DNA of 64,000 nucleotides from Escherichia coli (GTDB lineage: Bacteria > Pseudomonadota > Gammaproteobacteria > Enterobacterales > Enterobacteriaceae): NCBI RefSeq assembly GCF_003334385.1, contig NZ_QOWN01000005.1. One strand, written 5' to 3'. The notes beneath the pieces were generated by a model. It was given only the letters and a program-made list of their open reading frames with translations, was not told the origin of the DNA and searched no databases. Shown one piece after another: positions 29,723-42,439 of this stretch. The stretch's first letter is position 1; each line of letters opens with the position of its first letter. The translations under genes and the position numbers were made by a program.

Positions 29723-30805
29723 TTAACGTACCTTCAGCGTTGCCAGACCAATCAGAACCAGCATCAGCGAAATAATCCAGAAACGCACAATGACGCGCGG
29801 TTCCGGCCAGCCTTTCAGTTCATAGTGGTGATGAATCGGTGCCATGCGGAAAATACGTTGTCCGCGCAGTTTAAAGGAGCCGACCTGCAGGATGACAGAA
29901 AGCGTTTCTACCACGAACACGCCCCCCATAATCACCAGCAGGAATTCCTGACGTAGCAGTACGGCGATAATGCCTAACGCACCACCTAACGCCAGCGAAC
30001 CTACATCGCCCATAAAGACCTGCGCCGGATAGGTGTTAAACCACAGGAAGCCCAGTCCTGCCCCGACTATCGCGGTACAGACAATAACCAGTTCCCCGGC
30101 GTGTCGCAGATACGGTATATGCAAGTAGCTGGCAAAGTTCATATTGCCGGTCGCCCACGCCACCAGCGCAAAACCACCGGCGACAAATACGGTCGGCATA
30201 ATTGCCAGGCCGTCGAGACCATCGGTCAGGTTTACCGCGTTGCCAGTACCCACAATGACGAAGTAAGCCAGCAGAATGTAGAACAGCCCCAGCTGCGGCA
30301 TCACATCTTTAAAGAATGGGACCACCAGCTGCGTTGCGGGCGTGTCTTTGCCGGCAAGGTACAGGGCGAAGGCGACACCCAGCGCAATGACCGACATCCA
30401 GAAATACTTCCAACGAGCGATCAACCCTTTGGTGTCTTTACGCACCACTTTGCGATAATCATCAACAAAGCCAATAACACCGTAACCTACCAGCACCACC
30501 AACACGCACCAGACGTACGGATTGGACGGGTAAGCCCACAGCAGTACGGAGATCACAATCGCCGTCAGGATCATAATCCCGCCCATGGTCGGCGTACCGC
30601 GCTTGCTGAAGTGTGATTCAGGACCGTCGTTACGCACCACCTGACCAAAGGAAAGTTTTTGCAAATGAGCAATCATACGCGGGCCCATCCACAATGAGAT
30701 GAACAGCGCGGTCAGCAGGCTGACGATGGCGCGAAACGTCAGATAGGAAAAGACGTTAAAGCCGGAATAATATTTGACCAAATGTTCGGCCAGCCAAACT
30801 AACAT
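29723..30805 (-). CDS. mraY: Phospho-N-acetylmuramoyl-pentapeptide transferase
   Basis: 360-aa polytopic membrane ORF beginning [27 protein letters not shown]. Confidence 0.97.
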
Positions 30806-32157
30806 GTCCCATTCTCCTGTAAAGCGCGTACTACCTCTTCCATGGCGGCACTACGTGAACCCTTAACTAAAATCGTAATTACCTGTTGCTCAGCAATCAG
30901 TAATTTAAGACGCGTAATTAACGCAGTTTTATCAGCAAAATGTTCGCCAACGCCGCTGGCGGTGCTGATAGCATGGCTTTGTTTACCCACGCTTAACACG
31001 CGGTCAATACCAGCAGCTTTTGCCGCCTCGCCCACCTGTACATGGCAGGCTTCGCTTTCAGCGCCCAGTTCCGCCATATCGCCCACCACCAGCACGCGGT
31101 AGCCCGGCATTTCAGCCAGTACCTGGACTGCTGCAGTCATTGAACCGACATTGGCGTTGTAGGAGTCGTCGAGCAGCAACTGGTTTTCTGCCAGTTGGAT
31201 GGGGAACAGACGGCCTGGAACAGCTTTCAGATTTGCCAGCCCCGCTTTGATAGCATCAAGCGTTGCGCCCACGGACATGGAGAGCGCAGCGGCTGCCAGC
31301 GCATTCGCAATATTGTGACGCCCCGGCAACGGCAGCAGAACATCGACGCTACCGGTTGGGGTTTGTAGGGTAAATTCCGTACCGTGCGAGGTCACATGGA
31401 TATTGGTGGCGGTGAAATCGCTGTTGGCGGCATTGGGTGAGAAACGCCACACTTTGCGTGAGCCAATTACGCTCTGCCAGTTCAGCCAGTCGTTGTTGTC
31501 GGCGTTCATAATGGCGATACCGTTTTCCGGCAGGCCGCTAAAGATTTCACCTTTCGCTTTCGCGACACCCGCAAGCGAGCCAAAACCTTCCAGATGCGCC
31601 GCTGCCAGGTTGTTGACCAGCGCAGCTTCCGGGCGAGTCAGACTCACAGTCCAGGCTATTTCGCCCTGATGGTTCGCGCCAAGTTCAATAACTGCGTAAT
31701 CGTATTCCGGCGTTAAGCGCAACAGCGTCATCGGTACACCGATGTCGTTGTTGAGATTGCCTGCCGTATAAAGCGTGTTGCCGCACTGGCTTAAAATCGC
31801 CGCCGTCATCTCTTTAACGGAGGTTTTGCCGGAGGACCCCGTCAGAGCAACCACGCGCGCCGGAACTTGCTGGCGAACCCATGCAGCCAGTTCACCAAAC
31901 GCCAGACGCGTATCCTTGACGATTAACTGCGGCAGGTCGATGTCCAGCGGACGGCTAACCAGTAGTGCGCCTGCGCCGCCAGCTTTCGCCTGGTCGGCAA
32001 AATCGTGGGCATCAAAACGTTCGCCTTTCAGGGCAACAAACAGGCAGCCCGGCGTCAGTTTTCGGGTATCAGTGGTTACAGCATCAAGGGTGATATCTGC
32101 ACCTTGCAGTTCACCGTTGAGAATGTCGGTAAGTTGGCTAAGGGTTACGCTAATCAT
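30799..32157 (-). CDS. murF: UDP-MurNAc-tripeptide--D-Ala-D-Ala ligase
   Basis: 452-aa ORF with Mur ligase motifs. Confidence 0.97.
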
Positions 32158-33641
32158 GCAATCACCCCCAGCAGACGCGCCACCGTGACGCGATCGGAGT
32201 AGTCCAGACGCTGATTGCCAACAATCTGGTAATCTTCATGGCCTTTGCCCGCGACCAGTACCACATCATTCTCTTTAGCCTGCATAACGGCGCAAGTCAC
32301 CGCTTCAGCACGGCCTTCCATCACTTTGGCATGTCCGGCATCTAACATTCCCGCCAGAATATCGTTGATGATGGCACGCGGTTCTTCGGTACGCGGGTTA
32401 TCGTCCGTCACCACCGCCACGTCAGCAAACTCTTCGGCAATTGCGCCCATCAGTGGACGCTTACCTTTATCGCGATCGCCACCACAGCCAAAGACACACC
32501 ACAGCTTGCCCGCACAGTGCAGACGCGCCGCCTGTAAGGCTTTTTCCAGTGCATCCGGCGTATGCGCGTAATCCACCACCACCGTCGGTTTGCCTGGCGC
32601 AGTGAACACTTCCATACGTCCGCAAACCGGTTGCAGACGCGCGGCGGTTTTCAGCAGATCAGCCAGTGGATAGCCGAGTGCCAACAGTGTCGCCAGCGCG
32701 AGCAGCAGGTTGCTGACGTTAAAAGCGCCCATCAGATGGCTTTCAATTTCGCCATCGCCCCAACTTGAGCTAAAGCGAATCGTCGCACCGCTGTCGTGAT
32801 AGTTCACTTCGGTCGCTTTCAACCAGCGTCCGTGACAGTTCGGATTAATATGATCTTCCATTGATACCGCAACCGCGTCCGGCAGTTTTGCCAGCCAGCG
32901 GCGGCCCACTTCATCGTCGGCGTTAATAATCGCCTGACCGCAATGATGCTCAGAATAAAGCAGCCATTTCGCGGCTTCGTAGTGTTCCATATCACCATGA
33001 TAATCAAGGTGATCGCGGCTTAAGTTGGTAAAGACCGACGCCGCAAATTTCAATGCCGCCACACGGTGCTGTACCAGCCCGTGGGAGGAAACTTCCATTG
33101 CGCAAAACGTCGCGCCCTGATCCACCAGCCCCGCCAGCTCATGCTGAACATCGACTGCCGAACCGGTTGTATTTTCTGTCGGGATCACTTTCCCCAGCAG
33201 GCCGTTACCAACGGTGCCCATTACCGCGCTGGTTTCGCCAAGCAGTTGGCTCCACTGCGCCAACAGCTGGGTAGTCGTGGTTTTGCCGTTGGTGCCCGTT
33301 ACGCCCACGAGACGTAAATTGTCAGAGGGTTCATGGTAAAAGCGGCCCGCCAGTGCAGATAAACGCTCGTTGAGCTGGCTGAGATAGATGACCGGTACGC
33401 CGTGCATTTCACGGATTTCACCATCGGTCGCCTCATCTTTCGCCTCTGCAATAATGGCAGCCACACCTTGCGCTATCGCCTGCGGGATATATCGACGCCC
33501 GTCCGCCTGATGACCTACTACAGCTACAAAGAGATCGCCCGCCGCAGCCACACGGCTGTCGAGTGTCATCTCTCGCAGTGCTCGCGAAGGTGCGTCTGGC
33601 ACCCACGGAGCAAGAAGGTCGCGCAAATTACGATCTGCCAC
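32154..33641 (-). CDS. murE: UDP-MurNAc-L-Ala-D-Glu--meso-DAP ligase
   Basis: 495-aa ORF with Mur ligase motifs ([11 protein letters not shown]). Confidence 0.97.
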
Positions 33642-35394
33642 CTGTCCCCTCGCCTTGATTAATCACAAATTCATTTTTATCGCCCGTTGTCAGCGCATCC
33701 GGCTCGATGTTCATGGTACGCAATACGCCGCCCATGATGGCACCAAAGACCGGCGCGGAAACGGCGCCGCCGTAGTATTTACCCGCCTGCGGATCGTTGA
33801 TAACAACAACCAGCGCGAAGCGCGGCTGACTCGCAGGCGCAACGCCTGCGGTATAAGCAATATATTTATTGATGTAGCGACCGTCCGGCCCGACCTTTTT
33901 CGCGGTACCGGTTTTAATGGCGATACGATAGCCTTTAATCGCCGCCTTCACGCCGCCGCCGCCTGGTAGCGCCACGCTTTCCATCATATGCACCACAGTG
34001 CGGACAATGGATTCCGGGAAGACACGTTCACCGGGAACCGGGGGGTCAACTTTGGTAATCGACAGTGGGCGATAAATGCCGTAGCTGCCGATAGTTGCGT
34101 AGACTCGCGCTAACTGTAATGGTGTTACCATTAGCCCGTAGCCGAAAGAGAAGGTGGCCCTCTCTATGTCAGACCACCGTTGTTTTTGAGGATATAAGCC
34201 ACTGCGTTCTCCGACCAACCCCAAATTGGTCGCTTTTCCCAGTCCAAAACGTGAGTAAGTATCTACTAACGCTGAGGACGGCATCGCTAACGCCAGCTTG
34301 GAAACACCGACGTTACTCGACTTCTGTAATACCCCGGTCAGGGTTAATTCGCTGTAGCGTGCCACGTCTTTGATTTCGTGGCCGTTAATTCGATAAGGAA
34401 TGGTATTGAGTACCGAGTTTTCCCGCACCACGCCACGTTGCAACGCGGTCATTACCACCATCGGTTTAACCGTTGAGCCCGGTTCAAACACGTCGGTGAT
34501 GGTACGGTTACGCATCGCCTCTTTCGGCGTGCCGCTCAGATTGTTAGGGTTGTATGACGGGCTGTTAGCCATCGCCAGCACTTCACCGGTGTTGACATCC
34601 ACCAGCACGGCGCTACCAGATTCAGCCTTGTTAAAGGCCACCGCGTTGTTCAGTTCGCGATAAACCAGCGCCTGCAGGCGTTCATCAATACTCAGCGCCA
34701 GGTTGTGCGCTGCCTGGCTGTCAGTAGAAGAAATATCTTCAATTACGCGACCATAGCGGTCTTTACGCACAATGCGCTCACCCGGCTGCCCGGTAAGCCA
34801 TTTATCGAAACTCTTCTCAACGCCCTCAATCCCTTGACTATCGACGTTAGTAAAGCCGATGAGGTGAGCAGTCACTTCGCCGGACGGATAGTAACGGCGA
34901 GACTCTTCACGCAGATGAATCCCCGGCAGTTTCAGTTTTTTGATGTAGTCCGCCATGTCAGGGTTCACCTGACGCGCCAGATAAATAAAGCGCCCTTTCG
35001 GGTTGGCGTTAATGCGGGCTGAAAGCTGATCCAGCGGAATATTGAGCGCGTTAGCCAGCGCCTTCCAGCGGTCACCGACGCTGATACCGCCAGCGTCATG
35101 CACTTCTTTCGGGTCAGCCCAAATCGCTTTTACCGGCACGCTCACCGCTAACGGGCGACCAGAACGGTCAGTAATCATGCCGCGGGAGGTGGAAACTTGC
35201 TGAACGCGAAGAGAACGCATGTCGCCCTCTTTCACCAGCATATCCGGGGAGATAACTTGTAACCACGCTACGCGTCCGAGCAGAAAAGCCAGCGCCAGGA
35301 GAATACAGCCGCATAACAACGCAAAACGCCAACTGATAAAGTTGGCATGTTCTTCCTGACGTTTTGGTTTCTGCGTTTTCGCCGCTGCTTTCAT
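33628..35394 (-). CDS. ftsI: Penicillin-binding protein 3 (septal transpeptidase)
   Basis: 588-aa ORF with the SXXK motif STVK and KTG triad. Confidence 0.97.
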
Positions 35395-35409
35395 GCGTCG
35401 CGTTTATCC

Positions 35410-35775
35410 TTATTTTTGCACTACGATATTTTCTTGTGACGGATCAACATGCTGCATTTGCAGCTTTTCCGTGGCGATCCTTTCCACCCGGCTATGGTCG
35501 CCGAGCGCATTCTCTTCAAGGATCAGGTTGCGCCATTCAATGTCTAAAGCATCTCGCTCCAGCACCAGTTGTTCGCGCTGAGCGGTCAGTAAACGGGTAT
35601 GGTGCGCCGTGGTTACCACAGTCACCGCCGTCAAAATAATGCAAATGAACAGGCAGAGTGGCAGCTTCCCAAATCGCAAAAGATCGTCACCGATAACACC
35701 AGGCAATGCATGGCGCTCGTGGCTTCCCATCGATCCTTTAACTTTGCTTAGAGCTTCTGTCACTCTGCTGATCAT
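35410..35775 (-). CDS. ftsL: Cell division protein FtsL
   Basis: 121-aa ORF beginning [31 protein letters not shown]. Confidence 0.95.
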
Positions 35776-36713
35776 GCATTCGTCCTCTCTGCAATACGCA
35801 GAACTGAACTACGGGCACGAGGGTTCTCAGCCACCTCTTCTTCGCCCGGCATTAACTTGCCTAGTGCTCGCAGCTGACGGCCACCCAGTTTTTTGAGCTG
35901 CTCTTCAGTCATCGGTAACCCTGCCGGAACTTGCGGACCGCGGCTGTTTTCACGCATAAAACGTTTCACAATACGGTCTTCCAGCGAGTGGAAGCTGATG
36001 ATCGAAAGCCGCCCACCCGGGGCCAGCACGTTGAGCGAGCTTTTTAGCGCCTGCTCTATCTCCTCCAGTTCACTGTTTACCCAAATGCGCACCGCCTGGA
36101 AGGTACGGGTCGCGGGATGTTTAAACTTATCTTTCACCGGCGTTGCAGCAGCCACGACTTCCGCCAGTTCTTTGGTGCGGGTCATCGGCTGTTCGCGGTT
36201 ACGCTCGACAATGGCGCGGGCAATGCGTTTGGCAAAACGCTCTTCACCATAGGTTTTCAATACCCAGGCGATATCGGCTTCTTCTGCGGTTTGTAGCCAT
36301 TCAGCGGCTGACTGCCCACGGGTTGGGTCCATACGCATGTCCAGCGGACCATCGCGCATAAAGGAAAAGCCACGTTCAGCATCATCAAGTTGCGGTGAAG
36401 AGACGCCAAGATCGAGGAGAATGCCGTCGATCTTGCCGATAAGATCGCGCTCGGCAACGTATTCGCCCAGCGCGGAGAAAGGTCCGTGGATGATGGAGAA
36501 GCGCGGATCATCAATAGTCTTCGCAACGGCGATAGCCTGCGGGTCGCGATCGATCGCCAGCAAACGCCCCTCTTCGCCAAGCTGCGAGAGGATCAGACGT
36601 GAGTGACCACCGCGACCAAAAGTCCCATCAATGTAGATGCCATCAGGACGGATATTGAGGCCATTAACGGCTTCATCCAGCAGCACCGTAGTATGTTTAT
36701 AGTTTTCCATCAT
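35772..36713 (-). CDS. rsmH: 16S rRNA m4C1402 methyltransferase RsmH (MraW)
   Basis: Track ORF trimmed to the tandem ATGs at 36708-36713 giving [19 protein letters not shown]... (313 aa). Confidence 0.94.
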
Positions 36714-36714
36714 T

Positions 36715-37173
36715 TTATAGAGACAAGTCCTGCAGTCGCTCCGATAAGTCTCCGGTAGCCAACTGCTCTGCGTCGATATCTTCCTTGACCTGTTGATGCC
36801 AGGTTGTTTCATCCCACAGCTCAAACTTGTTGAACTGTCCAACCAGCATCACTTCTTTTGTCAGCCCGGCATGTTGCCGCAGTACTGGCGCGATTAACAA
36901 TCGACCTGCGCCATCCATCTGACATTCGCTGGCATGACCTAACAGTAGGCGCTGCACACGGCGCTCAACCGGGTTCATGCTCGACAGACGCGATAATTTT
37001 TGCTCGATAATTTCCCATTCAGGCAGGGGGTAAAGCAGCAGGCACGGGTGATAAATGTCAATGGTGCAAACCATTTGACCGGCAGCGTTCTCAAGCAGCT
37101 GTTCCCGATAACGGGTAGGCACTGATAAGCGCCCTTTGCTGTCGAGATTGACTAACGTTGCTCCCCGGAACAT
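36715..37173 (-). CDS. mraZ: Transcriptional regulator MraZ
   Basis: Track ORF trimmed to [26 protein letters not shown]... (152 aa). Confidence 0.94.
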
Positions 37174-37192
37174 GCCAGCCTCACCCCTTATT

Positions 37193-37217
37193 CCCACTTT
37201 GCCCCACAATTTCCCAC
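37193..37217 (-). promoter_or_regulatory. MraZ operator: three direct repeats GTGGG (minus-strand sense) spaced 10 bp apart in the mraZ leader
   Basis: CCCAC at 37193-37197, 37203-37207 and 37213-37217 on the plus strand; consistent with the MraZ binding repeats described for the dcw promoter. Confidence 0.55.
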
Positions 37218-37225
37218 TGAAAGGA

Positions 37226-37254
37226 GTTTACGGAGCTGAGGAAAAGCTTGTCAA
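37226..37254 (-). promoter_or_regulatory. Pmra sigma70 promoter of the dcw cluster (-35 TTGACA, 17-bp spacer, -10 GTAAAC)
   Basis: Perfect TTGACA on the minus strand at 37249-37254 with a -10-like hexamer at 37226-37231. Confidence 0.5.
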
Positions 37255-37729
37255 GCCAGTCACAAGGCATACCGAGGTAAAAAACCCGATGTTTACGGCT
37301 AATATCAGCGTTGTTTATTTTACGTCCAACGCGCGAAGCAAATTAACGTTATGAATAGCTGTAAGAAAAAATCCCTCATCGTCATCACCGTTTTAAAATG
37401 ACTCACTATTTTCCACAGCAAATATAAAGTGTCAGTTTGCGACGCGAGCGGCATTTTAGGACATATCTTCCCCGGTTAACAGTCCTTGTTACGTCTGTGT
37501 GGCGCTTGATGCCAGCGGGTTTGCGCAAAAGCAAAGAAAAGTGTTTGTTAAATCGGCAATTCATCGCCGCATGTAACAAAATAATGCAAAAACGCGCTGT
37601 CGATATCACTTAATTATTGTGAATTTCAGCTGGTGAGTTAATTAACGGGCGGGTTTAAAAGCATTTATCAATAATAGTCAGGAATAGTCTTATTTACTTT
37701 AAGCATATTGATGTCCAGTCCCGTACTCT

Positions 37730-37765
37730 ACGCGCCAGAGGGAAATTCACCTGGCGCGTATTTTT
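37730..37765 (+). terminator. Plus-strand intrinsic-terminator-like element (ACGCGCCAG - 12-nt loop - CTGGCGCGT followed by A TTTTT) 9 bp from the cra stop codon
   Basis: Seen in the sequence; the T-tract is on the plus strand, while cra is on the minus strand and no plus-strand CDS lies upstream. Confidence 0.4.
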
Positions 37766-37774
37766 GTTCGCGGC

Positions 37775-38779
37775 TTAGCTACGGCTGAGCACGCCGCGGC
37801 GATAGAGATTACGTTTAATGCGCGTTAAACCAGGTTTTGGCTTACGCGGTTCGTCCAGGCTTGCCAGGACAATCTCCAGCACACGCTCTGCGACATCGCG
37901 GTGACGTTGAGCCACTGCCAGCACCGGACACTGTAAGAAGTCGAGCAGTTCGTTATCGCCAAAGGTGGCAATTGCCAGGTCAGAAGGCAGTTTGCCGTCG
38001 CGACGCAGCGTGACATCCATCACTCCTTGCAACAACGCAAACGACGTTGTGAACAGCGCCTGCGGCATCGGATGCGTTTCCAGCCATTTTTCGAATAACT
38101 GGGCAGCCGCCTCCCGCTCATAGCTGTTGGCATACAGGAAATGCACTTCGCGCGGATCATCTTTCCAGGCAGTACGGAAACCTTGTTCACGCAGGAAGCT
38201 GACAGAAAGCTCCGGTAGCGCACCAAGATAAAGCACCGTCTCGGCGGGAAACTTACGTAACTCTTCCGCCAGCATTTCGGCATCATCCTGATCGGCACCA
38301 ACCACGCTGGTGAAGTGTTCACGATCGAGGGCGCGGTCCAGCGCGACAATCGGGAACGGGTCGTTAGCCCAGCGTTGATAAAAAGGATGCTCAGGAGGCA
38401 ACGACGTCGAAACAATAATGGCATCAACCTGACGCTGTAAAAGGTGCTCAATGCACCGCATTTCGTTGTCTGGCTGATCTTCTGAGCAGGCAATCAGCAG
38501 TTGATAACCCCGTTGCCGCGCTTGGCGTTCAAGATAGTTAGCGATGCGGGTATAGCTGGTGTTCTCCAGATCGGGGATCACAAGACCAATAGAACGTGTG
38601 CGTCCAGCACGAAGCCCAGCTGCCACGGCGTTCGGGTGGTAATTGTGCTCACGCACCACAGCCATGACTTTTTCAACGGTTTTGTCGCTCACACGGTATT
38701 GCTTCGCTTTGCCGTTAATAACATAGCTTGCAGTGGTCCGCGACACTCCCGCCAGCCGAGCGATTTCATCCAGTTTCAC
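37775..38779 (-). CDS. cra: Catabolite repressor/activator Cra (FruR), LacI family
   Basis: 334-aa reading with GTG start; begins [33 protein letters not shown]. Confidence 0.95.
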   Translation of the reverse strand: MKLDEIARLAGVSRTTASYVINGKAKQYRVSDKTVEKVMAVVREHNYHPNAVAAGLRAGRTRSIGLVIPDLENTSYTRIANYLERQARQRGYQLLIACSEDQPDNEMRCIEHLLQRQVDAIIVSTSLPPEHPFYQRWANDPFPIVALDRALDREHFTSVVGADQDDAEMLAEELRKFPAETVLYLGALPELSVSFLREQGFRTAWKDDPREVHFLYANSYEREAAAQLFEKWLETHPMPQALFTTSFALLQGVMDVTLRRDGKLPSDLAIATFGDNELLDFLQCPVLAVAQRHRDVAERVLEIVLASLDEPRKPKPGLTRIKRNLYRRGVLSRS

Positions 38780-38958
38780 AATTGCCCCTTGCGTAAAATG
38801 TAAAAACCATAGCCATTGTACTGGTATGGGTTAAATTCATTAACATCTAAGCGCAGAAAATTAACTGCGGCAACTGCTTTTATTCCAGGTTCCCACTGAT
38901 TTCGCAAAAAAAGCCCAACGTGACATGTTGGGCTGTAAATTGCGCATTGAGATCATTC

Positions 38959-39450
38959 TCAACGCATTATTTTATCGCCGCGCGAAAGTCCGACCACACC
39001 AGAGCGAGCAACCTCCACAATTTTCGCCACATCGCGAATCGATGCTAAAAATGCATCAAGCTTACCGCTGGTGCCTGCTAATTGAACGGTATAAAGCGAG
39101 GGTGTGACATCGATAATTTGCCCACGGAATATTTCCGTATTACGTTTCACTTCGTCACGCCCGTAACCGCTGGCCTGAATTTTCACCAGCATGATTTCCC
39201 GCTCAACATGCGCGCCCTGCCCCAACTCACTCACGCGCAAGACATCGACCAGTTTGTGTAATTGCTTTTCGATCTGCTCAAGTACTTTTTCATCGCCCAC
39301 GGTCTGGATGGTCATACGCGATAATGTCGGATCGTCGGTTGGCGCAACGGTCAGGCTTTCAATGTTGTAGCCACGCTGGGAAAAAAGGCCAATCACGCGG
39401 GATAACGCGCCTGATTCATTTTCGAGTAAGACTGATAATATCCGGCGCAT
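38959..39450 (-). CDS. ilvH: Acetolactate synthase III small (regulatory) subunit
   Basis: Track ORF trimmed to [33 protein letters not shown]... (163 aa). Confidence 0.94.
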
Positions 39451-39452
39451 AA

Positions 39453-41177
39453 TCAGGTTCTCTCCGTTTTGCTTAACCACATTTCATCCATTCCGCCCCC
39501 GCGAATCTGCATCGGGTAGACGTGCTCGCTGCCATCGACGGTAACATCAACAAACACCAGGCGATTATTGCGCACCTGTTCCAGCGCCTCGCTAAGTTTG
39601 CTTTCCAGCTCATGCGGATGAGAAATCTGGATCCCGACATGCCCATAGGCTTCCGCCAGACGGACGAAATCGGGTAGCGATTGCATATAAGATTGTGAAT
39701 GACGGCCGGAATAGATCATGTCCTGCCACTGCTTCACCATCCCCAGATAGCGGTTATTGAGATTCACCACCAGTACGGGCAACTCGTATTGCAACGCGGT
39801 AGACAGTTCCTGGATGTTCATCTGAATACTGCCGTCGCCAGTGACGCAAACCACGGTTTCTTCTGGCAACGCCATTTTGACGCCCAGTGCCGCAGGTAAA
39901 CCAAAACCCATCGTGCCGAGGCCACCGGAATTGATCCAGCGACGCGGTTTGTCGAATGGATAATAAAGTGCAGCAAACATCTGGTGCTGCCCGACATCGG
40001 ACGTCACGTAAGCGTCTCCCTTCGTCAACCGCCAAAGAGTCTCGATCACCGCCTGCGGTTTAATCTTTTCACTGTGAGTGTCATATTTCAGGCACTGACG
40101 AGCGCGCCACTGTTCAATTTGCTGCCACCAGTCGCGGATCTCATCCAGTGGTTGATGGGCGGATTCTTGCGACAAGAGTTCAAGCATTTGTTCGAGGACC
40201 TGGCGAGCATCCCCCACAATCGGGATATCCGCAGTCACGGTTTTAGAAATGGAAGTAGGATCAATATCGATATGCAGAACAGTGGCATTTGGGCAGTACT
40301 TTGCCAGATTGTTCGTCGTTCGGTCATCAAATCGTACCCCGACGGCGAAAATCACATCCGCGTTATGCATCGTCATATTGGCTTCGTAGGTACCGTGCAT
40401 TCCCAGCATGCCCAGTGCCTGACGATGCGTTGCCGGAAACGCCCCCAGCCCCATCAATGAGCAAACAACGGGCAGATTCAACGCCTCCACCGTTTCTTTC
40501 AACTGCTGATGGCAGCCCGCCGTGATTGCCCCACCGCCTACGTAGACAACCGGTTTTTTTGCCGCTACCAGCGTTTGCAGAGCACGCTTAATTTGCCCTT
40601 TATGTCCGGTAGTAGTGGGATTGTAAGAACGCATACTGACCGACTCCGGCCAGACATAGGGTAATTTGTTCGCCGGATTAAGAATATCTTTCGGTAAATC
40701 AACGACTACTGGTCCTGGGCGACCACTTGCCGCCAGCCAGAAAGCCTTTTTCAGCACCTGCGGAATGTCTTCCGTTTGCTTAACCAGAAAACTGTGTTTA
40801 ACCACCGGTCGCGAAATCCCCACCATGTCGCACTCCTGAAAGGCATCGTAACCTATCAACGAGGTCGCTACCTGCCCGGAAAGGACAACTAATGGAATGG
40901 AATCCATATAAGCGGTGGCGATGCCAGTAATCGCATTGGTCGCCCCTGGACCCGACGTTACCAGCACGACGCCGACTTCCCCGGTCGCGCGCGCCAGGCC
41001 ATCGGCCATATGCACCGCCGCCTGCTCATGACGAACTAATACATGATCAATACCACCCACGGTATGCAATGCATCATAAATATCAAGGACTGCGCCTCCG
41101 GGATAACCGAATACTTGTTTAACGCCCTGATCGATAAGCGATCGGACGACCATCTCGGCTCCAGACAACATCTCCAT
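39453..41177 (-). CDS. ilvI: Acetolactate synthase III large subunit
   Basis: Track ORF trimmed to [31 protein letters not shown]... (574 aa); ThDP-binding motif GDGS. Confidence 0.95.
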   Translation of the reverse strand: MEMLSGAEMVVRSLIDQGVKQVFGYPGGAVLDIYDALHTVGGIDHVLVRHEQAAVHMADGLARATGEVGVVLVTSGPGATNAITGIATAYMDSIPLVVLSGQVATSLIGYDAFQECDMVGISRPVVKHSFLVKQTEDIPQVLKKAFWLAASGRPGPVVVDLPKDILNPANKLPYVWPESVSMRSYNPTTTGHKGQIKRALQTLVAAKKPVVYVGGGAITAGCHQQLKETVEALNLPVVCSLMGLGAFPATHRQALGMLGMHGTYEANMTMHNADVIFAVGVRFDDRTTNNLAKYCPNATVLHIDIDPTSISKTVTADIPIVGDARQVLEQMLELLSQESAHQPLDEIRDWWQQIEQWRARQCLKYDTHSEKIKPQAVIETLWRLTKGDAYVTSDVGQHQMFAALYYPFDKPRRWINSGGLGTMGFGLPAALGVKMALPEETVVCVTGDGSIQMNIQELSTALQYELPVLVVNLNNRYLGMVKQWQDMIYSGRHSQSYMQSLPDFVRLAEAYGHVGIQISHPHELESKLSEALEQVRNNRLVFVDVTVDGSEHVYPMQIRGGGMDEMWLSKTERT

Positions 41178-41494
41178 GGCCTGCCTCACTGTTTGACGGA
41201 AAAAATGTGTAAAACACATTAACCGTCCGATCTTGCTTAAGCAATTGGCAGCCAGAGACATAAACACGGGGTAATAAGAATAAACAGGAGGAAAGGTGAA
41301 AAGAAACGATAAAATCCTCCATTACAGAGGATTAAATTGATAATAAATCGGCTGAATCCCACAACTTACAGCAATTTCTCTATTTTTTTAATTAATCCTA
41401 AAATAGAGAGCCCACACATTCAGAATAAAATTCTACATTCAATAAAAAATGCAGAATAAACCAGACATTCATGTCTGACCTATTCTGCAATCAG
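41178..41494 (-). promoter_or_regulatory. ilvIH promoter and upstream AT-rich control region (known Lrp-binding region)
   Basis: AT-rich 317-bp spacer upstream of ilvI; individual Lrp sites not resolved by eye. Confidence 0.35.
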
Positions 41495-42439
41495 TTAGCG
41501 TTTGCAAATTGAGACTAATTGCTCTTCCATCCACTGATGGCCTTTATCGCGCCCGGCAGCTTCATGCCAGGAGAGATAACAGGTTCTGCTGTTTTGTTTT
41601 AACGGCAGCGGTAATACCTGTAATTCTAAGGATTCAGCGAACTCTTCAGCCAGCCAACGCGGCGCAATAGCGACCAAATGCGTTTGCGACACCACGCTAA
41701 GTACGCTCATCATTGCCATGCCCTGATACGCGATACTGGCTTGCTTATCTACCGTGTCATACCAAGGTTGACTAAATGACGCGAAACGATCGAGCGAAAC
41801 CGCCGCATGTTGTTCGTTATAAACATCATGTTTCAGTAACGGGCCCTTAATTGTTGGATGATTTTTGCTGGCTACCAGCACCATTTCATCTTTAAATAAT
41901 GGTACGCTGGTAAATTCAGGACGATGGAAGTCTTCATAACTAATCACAAACTCCGTTTCCTGATAACGCAGCTGATGTTCAGTGTTCTGATTTAATGAAG
42001 ACTTGAACATAACATGTATATTTGGCGCAATCTGCTCAATGTGATTATAAATCTGCGAGGTCAGAATGCTGTCTAACGGGCTGCAAACACAAAGATGAAA
42101 TACACGTTCACTGCTCGCGGGTTCAAAACCTGAACCAGGCAATTCATTTTGTACTAGTTGCAATGCCTGACGAACTGAACCAAAAAGTTGAAATGCGCGA
42201 GCAGTCGGTTGAATACCACGGCCATAACGAACAAAAAGCTCGTCATTAAACATCACCTTCAGGCGTGCAACAGCGTTACTGACCGCAGGTTGCGACATTC
42301 CCAGAACATGAGCGGCACGAGTAATGTTTTGCTCCTGCATCACGGCATCGAAAACGGTTAATAAGTTGAGATCGACCATGCGTAGCTGTGGTTTGCTTAA
42401 CTCCGCCGTCTCTGGATGATCTGTTTGTACCTCTGGCAT
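41495..42439 (-). CDS. leuO: LysR-family transcriptional regulator LeuO
   Basis: Track ORF trimmed to [57 protein letters not shown]... (314 aa). Confidence 0.93.
   Translation of the reverse strand: MPEVQTDHPETAELSKPQLRMVDLNLLTVFDAVMQEQNITRAAHVLGMSQPAVSNAVARLKVMFNDELFVRYGRGIQPTARAFQLFGSVRQALQLVQNELPGSGFEPASSERVFHLCVCSPLDSILTSQIYNHIEQIAPNIHVMFKSSLNQNTEHQLRYQETEFVISYEDFHRPEFTSVPLFKDEMVLVASKNHPTIKGPLLKHDVYNEQHAAVSLDRFASFSQPWYDTVDKQASIAYQGMAMMSVLSVVSQTHLVAIAPRWLAEEFAESLELQVLPLPLKQNSRTCYLSWHEAAGRDKGHQWMEEQLVSICKR

Noticed and set aside
37406-37609. 67-aa minus-strand ORF in the cra-mraZ spacer
   Set aside because: No ribosome-binding site, AT-rich non-coding context and a Cys/Arg-rich improbable peptide; more likely a chance ORF in regulatory DNA.
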